A stretch of 64,000 nucleotides of DNA. Origin: an uncultured delta proteobacterium. Lineage in GTDB: Bacteria; Desulfobacterota; Desulfobacteria; Desulfobacterales; QNYZ01. This document shows, piece by piece, positions 10,019-18,693 of the stretch (position 1 is the first letter of the stretch; each line of letters starts with the position of its first letter). The translations under genes were made by a program, and so were the position numbers. Under the pieces are notes generated by a model, which searched no databases, was not told the origin of the DNA, and saw nothing but the letters and a program-made list of their open reading frames with translations. The stretch spans positions 288,001 through 352,000 of the forward strand of contig CAWJQU010000008.1 of the NCBI GenBank assembly GCA_963845145.1, given 5' to 3'.

Positions 10019-11092
10019 TTACGTGTCCAGGTATTTTAAGAACGCTGACAGTGCCGTTATCTCATCTTTTTTAGATAAACCTCTCCGGACCTTCACCATC
10101 TCCTTAAATTCCTGCTTGTCCATCAGGAGATGCTCTTTCCGGGTGCCGGATTGAATGATATTGATAGCCGGCCATAACCTTTGTTCAGCACACTTTCGGC
10201 TGAGTACGAGGTCCATATTTCCAGTGCCCTTGAACTCCTGAAAGATGATATCATCCATTTTACTGCCGGTATCGATCAAAATTGTGGCAATAATTGTCAA
10301 AGATCCGCCATTATCTACGTTGCGTGCGGCGCCAAAGATCCGCCTTGGTATTTCCATGGCATTTGCACCCAGGCCACCCGTCAAGGTCCGGCCGTAACTT
10401 TGCGATTCTGTATTAAACGCACGCGACATCCGCGTTAGCGAATCGATAAACACCACTGCATCATTACCCGTCTCAGCGATACGAATTGCCGCATTCACGG
10501 TCATTTCAGTCATCCGCAAATGTTGAGAAACGTCCTGGTCAGCAGAGGAGGAGAGTACATAAGCATGTTTAAGCCCTCTTCTGAAGTCTGTAACTTCCTC
10601 CGGCCTTTCATCAACCAATAGCGCAAAGACCACCACTTCTGGGTGATTGCTTATAAGGGAATTGGCCATGTGCTTTAAAATGGTTGTTTTACCTGATTTG
10701 GGAGGTGATATGATCAAACCACGCTGCCCTTTTCCAATCGGCACGATCATATCCAGCGCCTTTCCCATGATATCGTCCGGCCCCTGAGTGAGTTTAAGCC
10801 TTTCAGATGGGTTGATACTGACGCCACTCTGGAGTGGCTTTATTTTCGAAAACTCTTTTAATGGTATATGATTTATTTTTTCAATTTCAGTGAGTTTCAA
10901 ATTACTCTTTTTACTGTCACCCCTGACCCCGGAACCTTCAATAAAAACACCTTCGTTTAGATTAAATTTTTGTATCAGGTGAGCCGGAACGAAAGTGTCC
11001 TCCGGATTCGGCTGAAAATTTCTTTCAATCGATCTCAAAAATCCAAATCTTCGATCCAATATTTCCAGATGTCCTTCTACGGATTTCAACAT
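10019..11092 (-). CDS. rho: Transcription termination factor Rho, short form lacking the N-terminal helical domain
   Basis: FGFLR RNA-binding motif, [50 protein letters not shown]. Confidence 0.9.
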   Translation of the reverse strand: MLKSVEGHLEILDRRFGFLRSIERNFQPNPEDTFVPAHLIQKFNLNEGVFIEGSGVRGDSKKSNLKLTEIEKINHIPLKEFSKIKPLQSGVSINPSERLKLTQGPDDIMGKALDMIVPIGKGQRGLIISPPKSGKTTILKHMANSLISNHPEVVVFALLVDERPEEVTDFRRGLKHAYVLSSSADQDVSQHLRMTEMTVNAAIRIAETGNDAVVFIDSLTRMSRAFNTESQSYGRTLTGGLGANAMEIPRRIFGAARNVDNGGSLTIIATILIDTGSKMDDIIFQEFKGTGNMDLVLSRKCAEQRLWPAINIIQSGTRKEHLLMDKQEFKEMVKVRRGLSKKDEITALSAFLKYLDT

Positions 11093-11145
11093 TTGACTCC
11101 TAACAGTAATAATTATAAAGGGCTGTGGTTGGAACTCGTTCTATG

Positions 11146-11288
11146 TACAACGAATCTCAAAAAAAATCTAAGCGCCCCTGGCGGCGGTGCAAAACGGTTC
11201 AAAATGCTCACATACTATGGGTATGCTCCGCTTTTTCACAGTTTCGCGCTTGCCAAGAACACTAACATTTATTTTGAGATACCTTGTA
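11146..11288. mobile_element. MITE-like element (~143 bp)
   Basis: 17-bp terminal inverted repeat TACAACGAATCTCAAAA / TTTTGAGATACCTTGTA (2 mismatches), TA at both ends, central hairpin CATAC-N5-GTATG. Confidence 0.75.
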
Positions 11289-11304
11289 GTCAATTTGGTC
11301 AGTT

Positions 11305-11354
11305 TTGCAAGGGACTTTCACCCTGCAAGATGAACCAAGCTTCGCTTGGCGCGC
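11305..11354 (-). mobile_element. Possible 5' remnant of a group II intron abutting attC
   Basis: Minus strand GCGCGCCAAGCGAAGCTTGG..TTGCAGGGTGAAAGTCCCTTGCA begins right after attC GTTA; resembles the GUGCG boundary plus first domain I hairpins. Confidence 0.45.
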
Positions 11355-11409
11355 TAACAGCTCAATCACCGGCCCAGCTTTTTGGGTCCGGTGAATTTTC
11401 AGGTTGGCG
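11352..11409 (-). other. Integron attC site (58 bp)
   Basis: Minus strand: R'' CGCCAAC, 5 bp, L'' AATTCACC, GG(A)CCCA-loop-TGGGCC, L' GGTGATT, 5 bp, R' GTTAGCG; two extrahelical bases on the L'' arm; immediately after toxin stop. Confidence 0.82.
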
Positions 11410-11700
11410 TTAGGATGATGGTTCTTTTGGTAGCTGCGTGCCATGCCACACTGCAACAATCCATACAACATCGTCTTTGATTTTATAAAAAAATCGATAC
11501 GGTGATATGATTACTTCTCGGTAGGGGAGTTCTGAAAATTCAGGTACAATTCTCCCGGATTCAGGAAAATCCTCAAGCCTTCGTAGTATTTTTTCAGCCC
11601 GATTACGAAAATTGATAGCCGCTGAATGTTTATCCTTTCGAATGTATGATAGCGCAGAAAGGAATTGAGTTTTGGCAGAAGGTGTAAATTTGACCTTCAC
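11410..11700 (-). CDS. RelE/ParE family toxin
   Basis: MKVKFTPSA..L..FPESGRIVPE..YREVIISPYRFFY..VWIVAVWH. Confidence 0.9.
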   Translation of the reverse strand: MKVKFTPSAKTQFLSALSYIRKDKHSAAINFRNRAEKILRRLEDFPESGRIVPEFSELPYREVIISPYRFFYKIKDDVVWIVAVWHGTQLPKEPSS

Positions 11701-11978
11701 GAAGGCTCCTTGGCTAAAATAGCGTCGGCTTCAGCAAGAACTGTATCCAGATCATACCCCACGCCCATTTCGATTTCCCTATCTCCCTTAGCCAAAAGGC
11801 GCAACAGATCTTTCTCGTGTTCAGATTTCTCATAGGCATCAACACCAATTATTACTGCTGTTGCCCGACCCCTTTGTGTTATTATCAAAGGTTCTTTGCT
11901 GTTTCGTAATTGTTTCAGTAGCTTTGCAGCGTCTTGCCTTAAATCGCTAACCGGAATGATATTTGACAGCTTGCCCAT
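11697..11978 (-). CDS. Phd/YefM family antitoxin
   Basis: IIPVSDLRQ..PLIITQRGRATAVI; 4-bp overlap with toxin. Confidence 0.9.
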   Translation of the reverse strand: MGKLSNIIPVSDLRQDAAKLLKQLRNSKEPLIITQRGRATAVIIGVDAYEKSEHEKDLLRLLAKGDREIEMGVGYDLDTVLAEADAILAKEPS

Positions 11979-11991
11979 ATTGTACCTCCAT

Positions 11992-12031
11992 TGATACTTC
12001 TAAATGTATCATCAACAATACCACAAAGCAA
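11992..12031 (-). promoter_or_regulatory. TA promoter with overlapping palindromic operator
   Basis: TTGCTT-17 bp-TACATT on minus strand; TGATAC-N8-GTATCA inverted repeat over the -10. Confidence 0.65.
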
Positions 12032-12531
12032 GCGCTTTGATGAACTGGAGGATTCGACATCAGAACATTGGTAAAGATATCGATCTCAAAGCGTTCACTC
12101 ATATCGCCCAACAAGCCTATAAAACCATTTTGATCGATATCGTCTGAAAAAATTCGATTTCCAACGTTACCTCCTGAAAGTATATGGAAAAACGCTCCCT
12201 CGAATTCGATTCTTCATTGCCTGCCCATGGATTGTGCTTTTCAGGTTTCAACTCCAGCCAATTTTATTACTCAATTCAAGGTGTGACACTATCTCTTCAG
12301 GTGATCTATGCCCAAAATTGTGCCAATTTCAGAAAAAATTCCTGTTTGACATCCCGATCGATATTTCATATTTAAGCTTCATTTCCATTATCTGATTTTC
12401 AATGGGTAATGGAAACCTGAAGATACCATATGCCGTGGTTGACTTTAATACCGTACACAAGACGAACTTTTAAGGTTATCCGCTTCCAAAAAGGAACTTC
12501 TTATCAATTCAATATTATAGAATAAGGACCT

Positions 12532-13185
12532 ATGACGAAAAAACCTACGAAAATGGATCGACGAACTGTTTTATTAGGTATGGTAGCCGGGGCTGTGAGT
12601 TTGACACATCTGCCCAGTCAATGGGTGAAACCAGTTGTCGATATGGTAATATTACCCGCCCATGCACAAACCTCAGTGCTCCCAGAGCCTCAAGAACCGC
12701 CTGTGCCAGATCCTGAAGAGCCGCCTCTGCCAGTGCTGCGCCTCTCGTTGGATTGTGACAGTATTACGGTTACACCTGATTCGGTCTCAGCACCTGGAGA
12801 TTATACTGACTCATCAACTTCTCAACTTTTCACAATAGCCGGGAGAGTTACTGCTTCGCCGCCAGTTGCAAACTTAGACTTAAGGGGTATTCATCTGACC
12901 ATAGAACTTGGCCCGGGTGATCAATTCACATCGGATGATAATACGGGACCCAATAACCAGATTAGAACAGCGACCTATGCATCGACCCCAGAGGGTCAAT
13001 TTGACCGTAGCGTCGTTTTAGATACGTTTACGCAATCTTTTAGTCCTTACTGCACGACACTTGGTTATAGAATCAGTCTCACCGATGCGTCTTATTTTGA
13101 GAGCCAGTATCCGCAATATGTTGTTATCTTAGACGATTCAGTTTGTGAAAGAGACAGCGTCTGTGGCTACGTTTCTTTACCTTAG
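12532..13185 (+). CDS. Secreted protein with twin-arginine-like leader and WxKPVV...LPAHAQTS motif
   Basis: DRRTVL plus hydrophobic stretch, AHA cleavage motif, Pro-rich linker, Cys-containing mature part; AAGGA RBS. Confidence 0.8.
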   Translation: MTKKPTKMDRRTVLLGMVAGAVSLTHLPSQWVKPVVDMVILPAHAQTSVLPEPQEPPVPDPEEPPLPVLRLSLDCDSITVTPDSVSAPGDYTDSSTSQLFTIAGRVTASPPVANLDLRGIHLTIELGPGDQFTSDDNTGPNNQIRTATYASTPEGQFDRSVVLDTFTQSFSPYCTTLGYRISLTDASYFESQYPQYVVILDDSVCERDSVCGYVSLP

Positions 13186-13203
13186 ACGATTCAGTTTGTG
13201 AAA
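13128..13203 (+). repeat. Perfect 23-bp direct repeat (13128-13150, 13181-13203)
   Basis: CTTAGACGATTCAGTTTGTGAAA twice, period 53 bp. Confidence 0.95.
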
Positions 13204-13493
13204 CAAGCAGCTCCTGCGAAATAGTCGGATCAGATATACGACTCAAGACAAATATTCAGTCGTTAAGCCCGGCTGTAAATGGTTACGACCTATACCGGTT
13301 CTCATATATTGATGATGTCAATGCACAATTATATGTGGGCGTTATGGCCCAGGAACTGTTGGATTCCAGGCCTGACGCTGTGATGACCATGCCGAATGGA
13401 TACTATGCAGTTGATTATGGTGCTATTGGTTTGAAAATGACAACCTGGGAAGCGTGGCAAAAATGTGGAAAGGCGGCTGTCAAGCTTCATTAG
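13182..13493 (+). other. Out-of-frame C-terminal S74 intramolecular chaperone/autoprocessing domain of the upstream gene (not in ORF track)
   Basis: Open frame LDDSVCETSSSCEIVG-SDIRLKTNI..YRFSY..YVGVMAQEL..RPDAV..NGYYAVDY..*; no start codon of its own before the SDxRLK motif. Confidence 0.85.
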
Positions 13494-13894
13494 TGGCTTA
13501 CTCAATTTTCGGGATTCATCAGCTTGAGCGGCAATAAGCGTTAAAGTTTGAAATTATGAGTCAATACCTTAAAGAGCCCTCTCTGTTGATAGATAATGGA
13601 TCTGCCCTTATTCACCACGATATCAAACAGAGTGGGTTCAAATACACCCCGGCAAAATCGCTCCCGAATCGCAGCTTAATGGAGATCTGACGGAATTGGT
13701 GATAAGCCAGCCCTAACTTTTTCGAAAATTCCCTCCATTAATTCATCAACGCTCACAAACTATCTTCTTTTAGCCATTCTTACAAGTTCATTGGGGCAGT
13801 TCAAATTGTCTCCAACAGGTCCAGCATGTAAAGACGCCTTCTCTCCCCTATTCCAGCCTATCTTGGACGCACATACCCCTTATGGAATAATGTA

Positions 13895-14272
13895 TTTAAA
13901 GAGTGGTTAAAAGAAACCTTTTCAAGTCAGCGATTTGCACTGGAGGTTCCTGCGTCCAGAGAGTTGGCTCCTGCAGCCGAGCAGAAAATAGCCCTGGTTT
14001 GGGGGTACTTTAATGTGACGAAAGAGCAAATGTGTATTGCAAGAAGGGGAACCGAGAATTTGCCGCATGATCTGGCAATTTACTTGGTACGTATAAATAC
14101 AAGAGAACCGCTTGCTGTTGTCGGTAGTTATTTTGGCATAGGAAAATATAGCACTGTGAGTAGTGCAGTAGAGCGAGTGAAATTGCGTAAGCAGAAAGAT
14201 GAACCTGTAAGAAAACACCTTTCTACTATAAGGGACAGGATGGACAATAGTCAAAGGGAGACTTGACACCCT
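13895..14272 (+). pseudogene. 3' remnant of an IS200-like/RAYT-type transposase with DnaA-C-like HTH tail
   Basis: RRGTENLPHDLAIYL..L..VG.YFGIGKYSTVSSAVERV; ends in GAGACTTGACACCC terminal-like motif; no HUH catalytic domain present. Confidence 0.6.
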
Positions 14273-14558
14273 TCACAGTTCAAGGTAAATAAAAGGGCCT
14301 TGTTTTAAGCGTTGCACAGATAAAATGCAAATATTGCTTAAACACAATCGCCTTGAACCTGATGGGTGACTGGTGCGGATCAGTTTTTAGCTGATGCGTA
14401 GCCTATTACAAAGAAGTAGCGGGTGCGAACAGGTGACAAAAACGAGGCTGTGTATTTGTGCGCAAATCAGGTCAATAGAAAAAAGTTAATTTTTTCCGTA
14501 GGAGAGGTGTTTTTTCTCTTGCCTAACTTAAGGGTGACACCATTTCCTTTGTTGCTTG

Positions 14559-15029
14559 CTATCCACAATTTCTCTGTCTTATCGCCTCATATAAGACAAT
14601 TCCAGCGCTCATCGCTAGATTGAGGCTGCGTATTTTTTTATTTAGCATAGGCAGAGTGTAGCACCTGTCCTGATAGAGTTTTAAAGTATCCTCCGGGAGT
14701 CCTTTTGTTTCTTTGCCAAATATAAAATAACTTCCCGGTTGAAATCTGGCTGAGGTATATTCTTTTTTTGCCTTGGTGGAAAAAAAATAAAGGTCTTTTT
14801 CACGTGGCGTCAAAAGGAATTCTTCAAAGCCCGGCCAATGAATTATCTCCACATGTTCCCAATAATCCAAACCCGCCCGCTTAAGATGCTTGTCGTCTGT
14901 CTTGAACCCCAGAGGATGTACCAGGTGTAGTCTTGAATTTGTCGCTCCGCATAGCCTGGCAATAGAACCGGTGTTTGGTGGAATTTCAGGTTCTACCAGA
15001 ACTACATTAAAGGTTTGTTCCATATCCAT
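14559..15029 (-). CDS. trmL: tRNA (cytidine(34)-2'-O)-methyltransferase
   Basis: EPEIPPNTG, KRAGLDYW, FGKETKGLP, RSLNLA. Confidence 0.95.
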   Translation of the reverse strand: MDMEQTFNVVLVEPEIPPNTGSIARLCGATNSRLHLVHPLGFKTDDKHLKRAGLDYWEHVEIIHWPGFEEFLLTPREKDLYFFSTKAKKEYTSARFQPGSYFIFGKETKGLPEDTLKLYQDRCYTLPMLNKKIRSLNLAMSAGIVLYEAIRQRNCG

Positions 15030-15210
15030 AACAGGGTATTATTGGTTTAGGCTACCTTGAATAATTGCTATTTTGCCCAACCTCTTTGTTGTGTTAAGAA
15101 TTTTATTAAAAAGTGTTGGGGCCATTGCACGCTAAATAATTGACATTGCAGAGATAATTCCATATAAACGGCTTAAAAGTTTCCGATGGAAAAGCTCGTG
15201 GCAATTAGAA

Positions 15211-15351
15211 TTATTCCGTATGCGCCATCTCTTCAGCAATCATTTCCGCTTGTTTTAACACCGTCTCGGTTGCCAGCTTCTGCATATCCGGCGGATAGCC
15301 ATACTGCCACAACGGCTCTTCCTTGTCATTATTCTTCTTGGCTTTTGCCAT
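15211..15351 (-). pseudogene. 46-aa hsdM'::'hsdR fusion scar of a deleted type I restriction-modification locus
   Basis: MAKAKKNNDKEEPLW-QYGYPPDMQKLATETVLKQAEMIAEEMAHTE*; GGAG RBS; second half matches the HsdR C-terminal YGYPPD..ATxTVLxQAE motif. Confidence 0.7.
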
Positions 15352-15768
15352 TTGTTACTCCAGCTCTTAATTTGTCGCTTTTTACCGATACAAAAACCGT
15401 GTGCTCATTCTGCTTTGTAAATGTCAATGATGTAAGGGGCTAAAAAGTTATTGTATAGTTTCAGTATATTAACCATAAACCAACCCAATCGACAAGTCCC
15501 ATTGTAATCTAAGCCAATTTTCTAACTTGTTATCCAGCAAATAAACGAAATAAACAGAAACAACATAAGCATAAACCACAATTTTCAACCGAAATTGAAG
15601 ACATTTTAATATCGATCTTGATGCCGGAAATTACACGACAAGGGATGCACCTTGGTGCCTTCTAAAAACAATCTCTCCATAAAAACGGGTTGCTTTCTTG
15701 TAAATAATGGGTATGATAACAGATCTGTTACAGATTATATCTGTTTCACCATGAGAGAGCGCTATTTC

Positions 15769-15810
15769 AAACCGCGAAGTCCTCTTATATCGGATTTCGC
15801 GGTTTTTTTT
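15769..15810 (+). terminator. Intrinsic terminator-like hairpin upstream of the DEAD-box helicase
   Basis: AAACCGCGAAGTCC / GGATTTCGCGGTTT stem running into T8. Confidence 0.7.
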
Positions 15811-15852
15811 GTATTTAAGGGAATGATGCAATCGTAAGAAGTCATCAAAAGG

Positions 15853-15978
15853 GATGGCAAAGAAAAAAGGCCAAGTTCAAGGCGTCGCGAATCCCGTGTG
15901 ATGAGGCGTACTTTTCGTACGCCGCAATCATGACGGGATGAAGCGCAACGCAGAAATTGGCCTTTTTACGAAGCCATC
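15853..15978. mobile_element. MITE/REP-like palindromic element
   Basis: Imperfect TIR GATGGC..AAAAAGGCCAA / TTGGCCTTTTT..GCCATC; inner ATCCCGT/ACGGGAT and GGCGTAC-N5-GTACGCC. Confidence 0.75.
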
Positions 15979-15992
15979 AGGGAATAAAGATT

Positions 15993-17726
15993 ATGAAAAC
16001 ATTTGCAACCATCGGCCTTAACGATGAAATCCTAAAAGGATTATCAGCCTTGGGATTTCAAGAACCCACCCCGGTGCAGGCCCAGGTGATTCCATTGATG
16101 TTGGAGAAACAAGTCGATCTGGTGGGCCTGGCCCAAACCGGAACAGGTAAAACCGCCGCGTTTGGTCTTCCATTGATTCAGCGGACAGATGCGAAAAGCA
16201 AGCAAACCCAATGGATGGTTTTGTGTCCCACGCGGGAGCTTTGCGTGCAGGTCGCTAAAGATCTCGAAACCTATTCCCGGTATGTGGACGGACTGAAGAT
16301 TTTGGCCATTTACGGTGGGGCGAGCATCGAAAAACAGATTAGCGCGCTACGCAGAGGTGTCCAGATTATTGTGGCCACCCCGGGTCGCTTAAATGACTTA
16401 ATCAATCGACGCAAGGTGGACATATCCGGCGTTAATTATGTGGTGATCGATGAGGCGGATGAACTGCTGCAGATGGGGTTTCAGGACGAACTAAACGCCA
16501 TTTTGTCCAAGACGCCCAAAGAGAAAAACACCTTGCTGTTTTCGGCAACCATGCCCCAGGAAGTGGCTGCGATTGCCCGCAAGTACATGTCTGATCCGGT
16601 TGAAATCACCATCGGCAAACGCAACGCCGGGGCCGAAAATGTGCGCCATGAATCTTATATGGTGCATGCCAAAAACCGCTATCCGGCATTGAAACGGATC
16701 GTGGACAACTGCCCCACAATTTATGCCATTATTTTTTGCCGGACGCGGATCGAGACCCATGAAATAGCCAATAAATTGATCCAGGAAGGCTACAATGCCG
16801 ATGCGTTGCATGGCGATTTGTCCCAGGCCCAGCGCGATCGAGTGATGGAAAAATTTCGCTGCAAAAACCTGCAGCTGTTGGTGGCCACGGATGTGGCGGC
16901 GCGTGGCCTGGATGTCAATGACCTGACCCATGTGATCAATTACAACCTTCCGGATGATCTTGGCAGTTATACCCATCGCAGTGGCCGTACGGGTCGCGCG
17001 GGGTGCACGGGAATATCGGTTGCGATCATTCATATGAAGGAACGCTATCGGATCAAAGCAATTGAGCGAAAAATTAAAAAACAGTTTAAGGCCTGCCGGA
17101 TTCCTTCGGGAGAGGCAATTTGTAAAAACCACCTGGTGAACCTGGTGGATGAGGTTACCAACGTGGAGGTGGATCACGACCAGCTTGATCCAATGGTTAA
17201 AGAAATATCGGAAAAGCTTGAATCCATGGACCGCGAAGAGCTAATTAAACGCTTTGTCTCTTTGGAGTTTAACCGGGTTTTAAAATACTATAAACATGCG
17301 CCGGATCTCAATGCACCTGATTTTAAGATTCAGAAAGGTTCGAAGGTTCAAAAAGGGACGAGAAAGCAACCGGGAAAAGGAATACGCCCGGATAAAAAAG
17401 CCCCATACACATCGAACTCCGGACTAAAATATACCCGCTTTGCCTTAAATGTCGGCCGGCGTCAGGGCATTGATCCCCAGGGCCTGATTGGAACGATTAA
17501 TCGTGTACCGGGGGTCGGGCGGATTAAGGTCGGAAAGATTGAAATCTTACGCAACAAGGCGCTTATAGAAGCCGATAGCCGCTTTACCCCCCAAGTCCTT
17601 GCCGCATTTCAGCAGCTTGAAATCAAGGGTAAAACCGTTACCATCAATGTGGCCCCGGGTGGTTCCAGCGCCAGTAGGCCCAATAGGGATGCGACGCGTT
17701 TTCAAAAAAAGCAGAAAGCGGCCTAA
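15993..17726 (+). CDS. deaD: DEAD-box RNA helicase with DbpA-type C-terminal RNA-binding domain
   Basis: AQTGTGKT, PTREL, TPGR, DEAD, SAT, ARGLD, HRSGRTGRAG; start moved to ATG 15993 because the track start lies inside the MITE. Confidence 0.9.
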   Translation: MKTFATIGLNDEILKGLSALGFQEPTPVQAQVIPLMLEKQVDLVGLAQTGTGKTAAFGLPLIQRTDAKSKQTQWMVLCPTRELCVQVAKDLETYSRYVDGLKILAIYGGASIEKQISALRRGVQIIVATPGRLNDLINRRKVDISGVNYVVIDEADELLQMGFQDELNAILSKTPKEKNTLLFSATMPQEVAAIARKYMSDPVEITIGKRNAGAENVRHESYMVHAKNRYPALKRIVDNCPTIYAIIFCRTRIETHEIANKLIQEGYNADALHGDLSQAQRDRVMEKFRCKNLQLLVATDVAARGLDVNDLTHVINYNLPDDLGSYTHRSGRTGRAGCTGISVAIIHMKERYRIKAIERKIKKQFKACRIPSGEAICKNHLVNLVDEVTNVEVDHDQLDPMVKEISEKLESMDREELIKRFVSLEFNRVLKYYKHAPDLNAPDFKIQKGSKVQKGTRKQPGKGIRPDKKAPYTSNSGLKYTRFALNVGRRQGIDPQGLIGTINRVPGVGRIKVGKIEILRNKALIEADSRFTPQVLAAFQQLEIKGKTVTINVAPGGSSASRPNRDATRFQKKQKAA

Positions 17727-17776
17727 GTCGTGTAAAATTAGTCCAAACAACCTGCGGTTTTTAAAATCCGGTTTAT

Positions 17777-17825
17777 CCCCTTGGCCACTTGCCTCCTGGA
17801 CCCCTGGACATCTTGAATCCCTGGA
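17777..17825. repeat. Degenerate 8-bp tandem repeat between convergent genes
   Basis: CCCCTTGG CCACTTGC CTCCTGGA CCCCTGGA CATCTTGA ATCCCTGGA. Confidence 0.6.
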
Positions 17826-17857
17826 TCAACCAATCAAAAGTAGATCTCTTAAAATTG

Positions 17858-18693
17858 TTAAAAGCGACGTTCCGCTTGTATTTTTTCGTAACTTTCCTGG
17901 ATTTCGCGGAAACGACGCTCGGCAAAATCGATAAATTCTTCGGGAAGTCCCTTGGCAATGATTTTGTCGGGATGAAAGTCTTTGACCAATTTTTTATAGT
18001 TTGATTTTATCTCTTCGATCGATGATTTGGGCGTACAATTAAGCATTTTATAATGTTTATCTAATTCCCCAGACTTCCCAAAATAAGCGGCCTTGATGTT
18101 GTCATACTGGCGGTCACTGATCCTGAATATATTTTTTATACCCTTCAAGGCGGTCTCTTCAGCAGGATGCAGGGTCCCGTCAGCGGCTGAAAGTTCGAAT
18201 AGAAGGTTAAAAAAGGAGATCACCAGGTCCGGCTGGTTGTGAATGATCTGGAAGAGTTGCGTTGCGAAATCCTCGATGGCGTAATCGGAGTTTTTGGCCT
18301 CGTTAAAGACCTGACGCGCAAACCGTTTTTCTCTTTCCTCCATTGGCAAACGGTTTATGAAATTTTTGACCACTGGTGATTTCATCCTTGGTAACCACGC
18401 CGTCTATCTTCGACATCTTACCCAGAATTGAGAATAGGCTGATGAAATAAGCGGCCTGGGCCTGCTCCACCTGTTCGAATTCCGGCCTCGGAATCTCCCG
18501 ATACGTCTGATCCCGATATGACTCGATTCTGGTATGACTCATTCTGGTATGACTGATCCCGGTAAGATTGATCAGGGATACCGACCATAGAATCCACCAT
18601 TACGTGTCCAATTGCCAGTCCGGCAATAGCGCCGAGCGGGCCACCAAGCACCAACCCAATCATTCCAAACGTTATTTTTCCAAACCAACTCAT
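17858..18693 (-). CDS. djlA: DjlA-like co-chaperone (TM, TerB-like, J domain), split by two single-base frameshifts
   Basis: MSWFGK..GGPLGAIAG; GKMSKIDGVV; ADGTLHPAE; FHPDK J motif; three ORF pieces join by removing one base near 18525 and one near 18375. Confidence 0.8.

Noticed and set aside
10970..11471. ORFs 10970-11413 (+) and 11262-11471 (-)
   Set aside because: They span the MITE and attC and overlap real genes; shadow ORFs
12308..12328. Sigma54-like TTGGCAC box on minus strand
   Set aside because: GG-to-GC spacing is 11, not the required 10
13149..13185. Programmed -1 ribosomal frameshift into the S74 domain
   Set aside because: The -1 frame has TGA at 13146, and the remaining overlap contains no X XXY YYZ slippery heptamer
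13128..13230. DGR template/variable repeat pair
   Set aside because: Too short, differences are not adenine-specific, and no reverse transcriptase gene is in the window
13500..13890. Possible degraded gene on minus strand
   Set aside because: Frames I translated are interrupted by stops and show no recognisable motif
15186..15443. 85-aa plus-strand ORF
   Set aside because: Antisense to the hsd scar, with no recognisable motif
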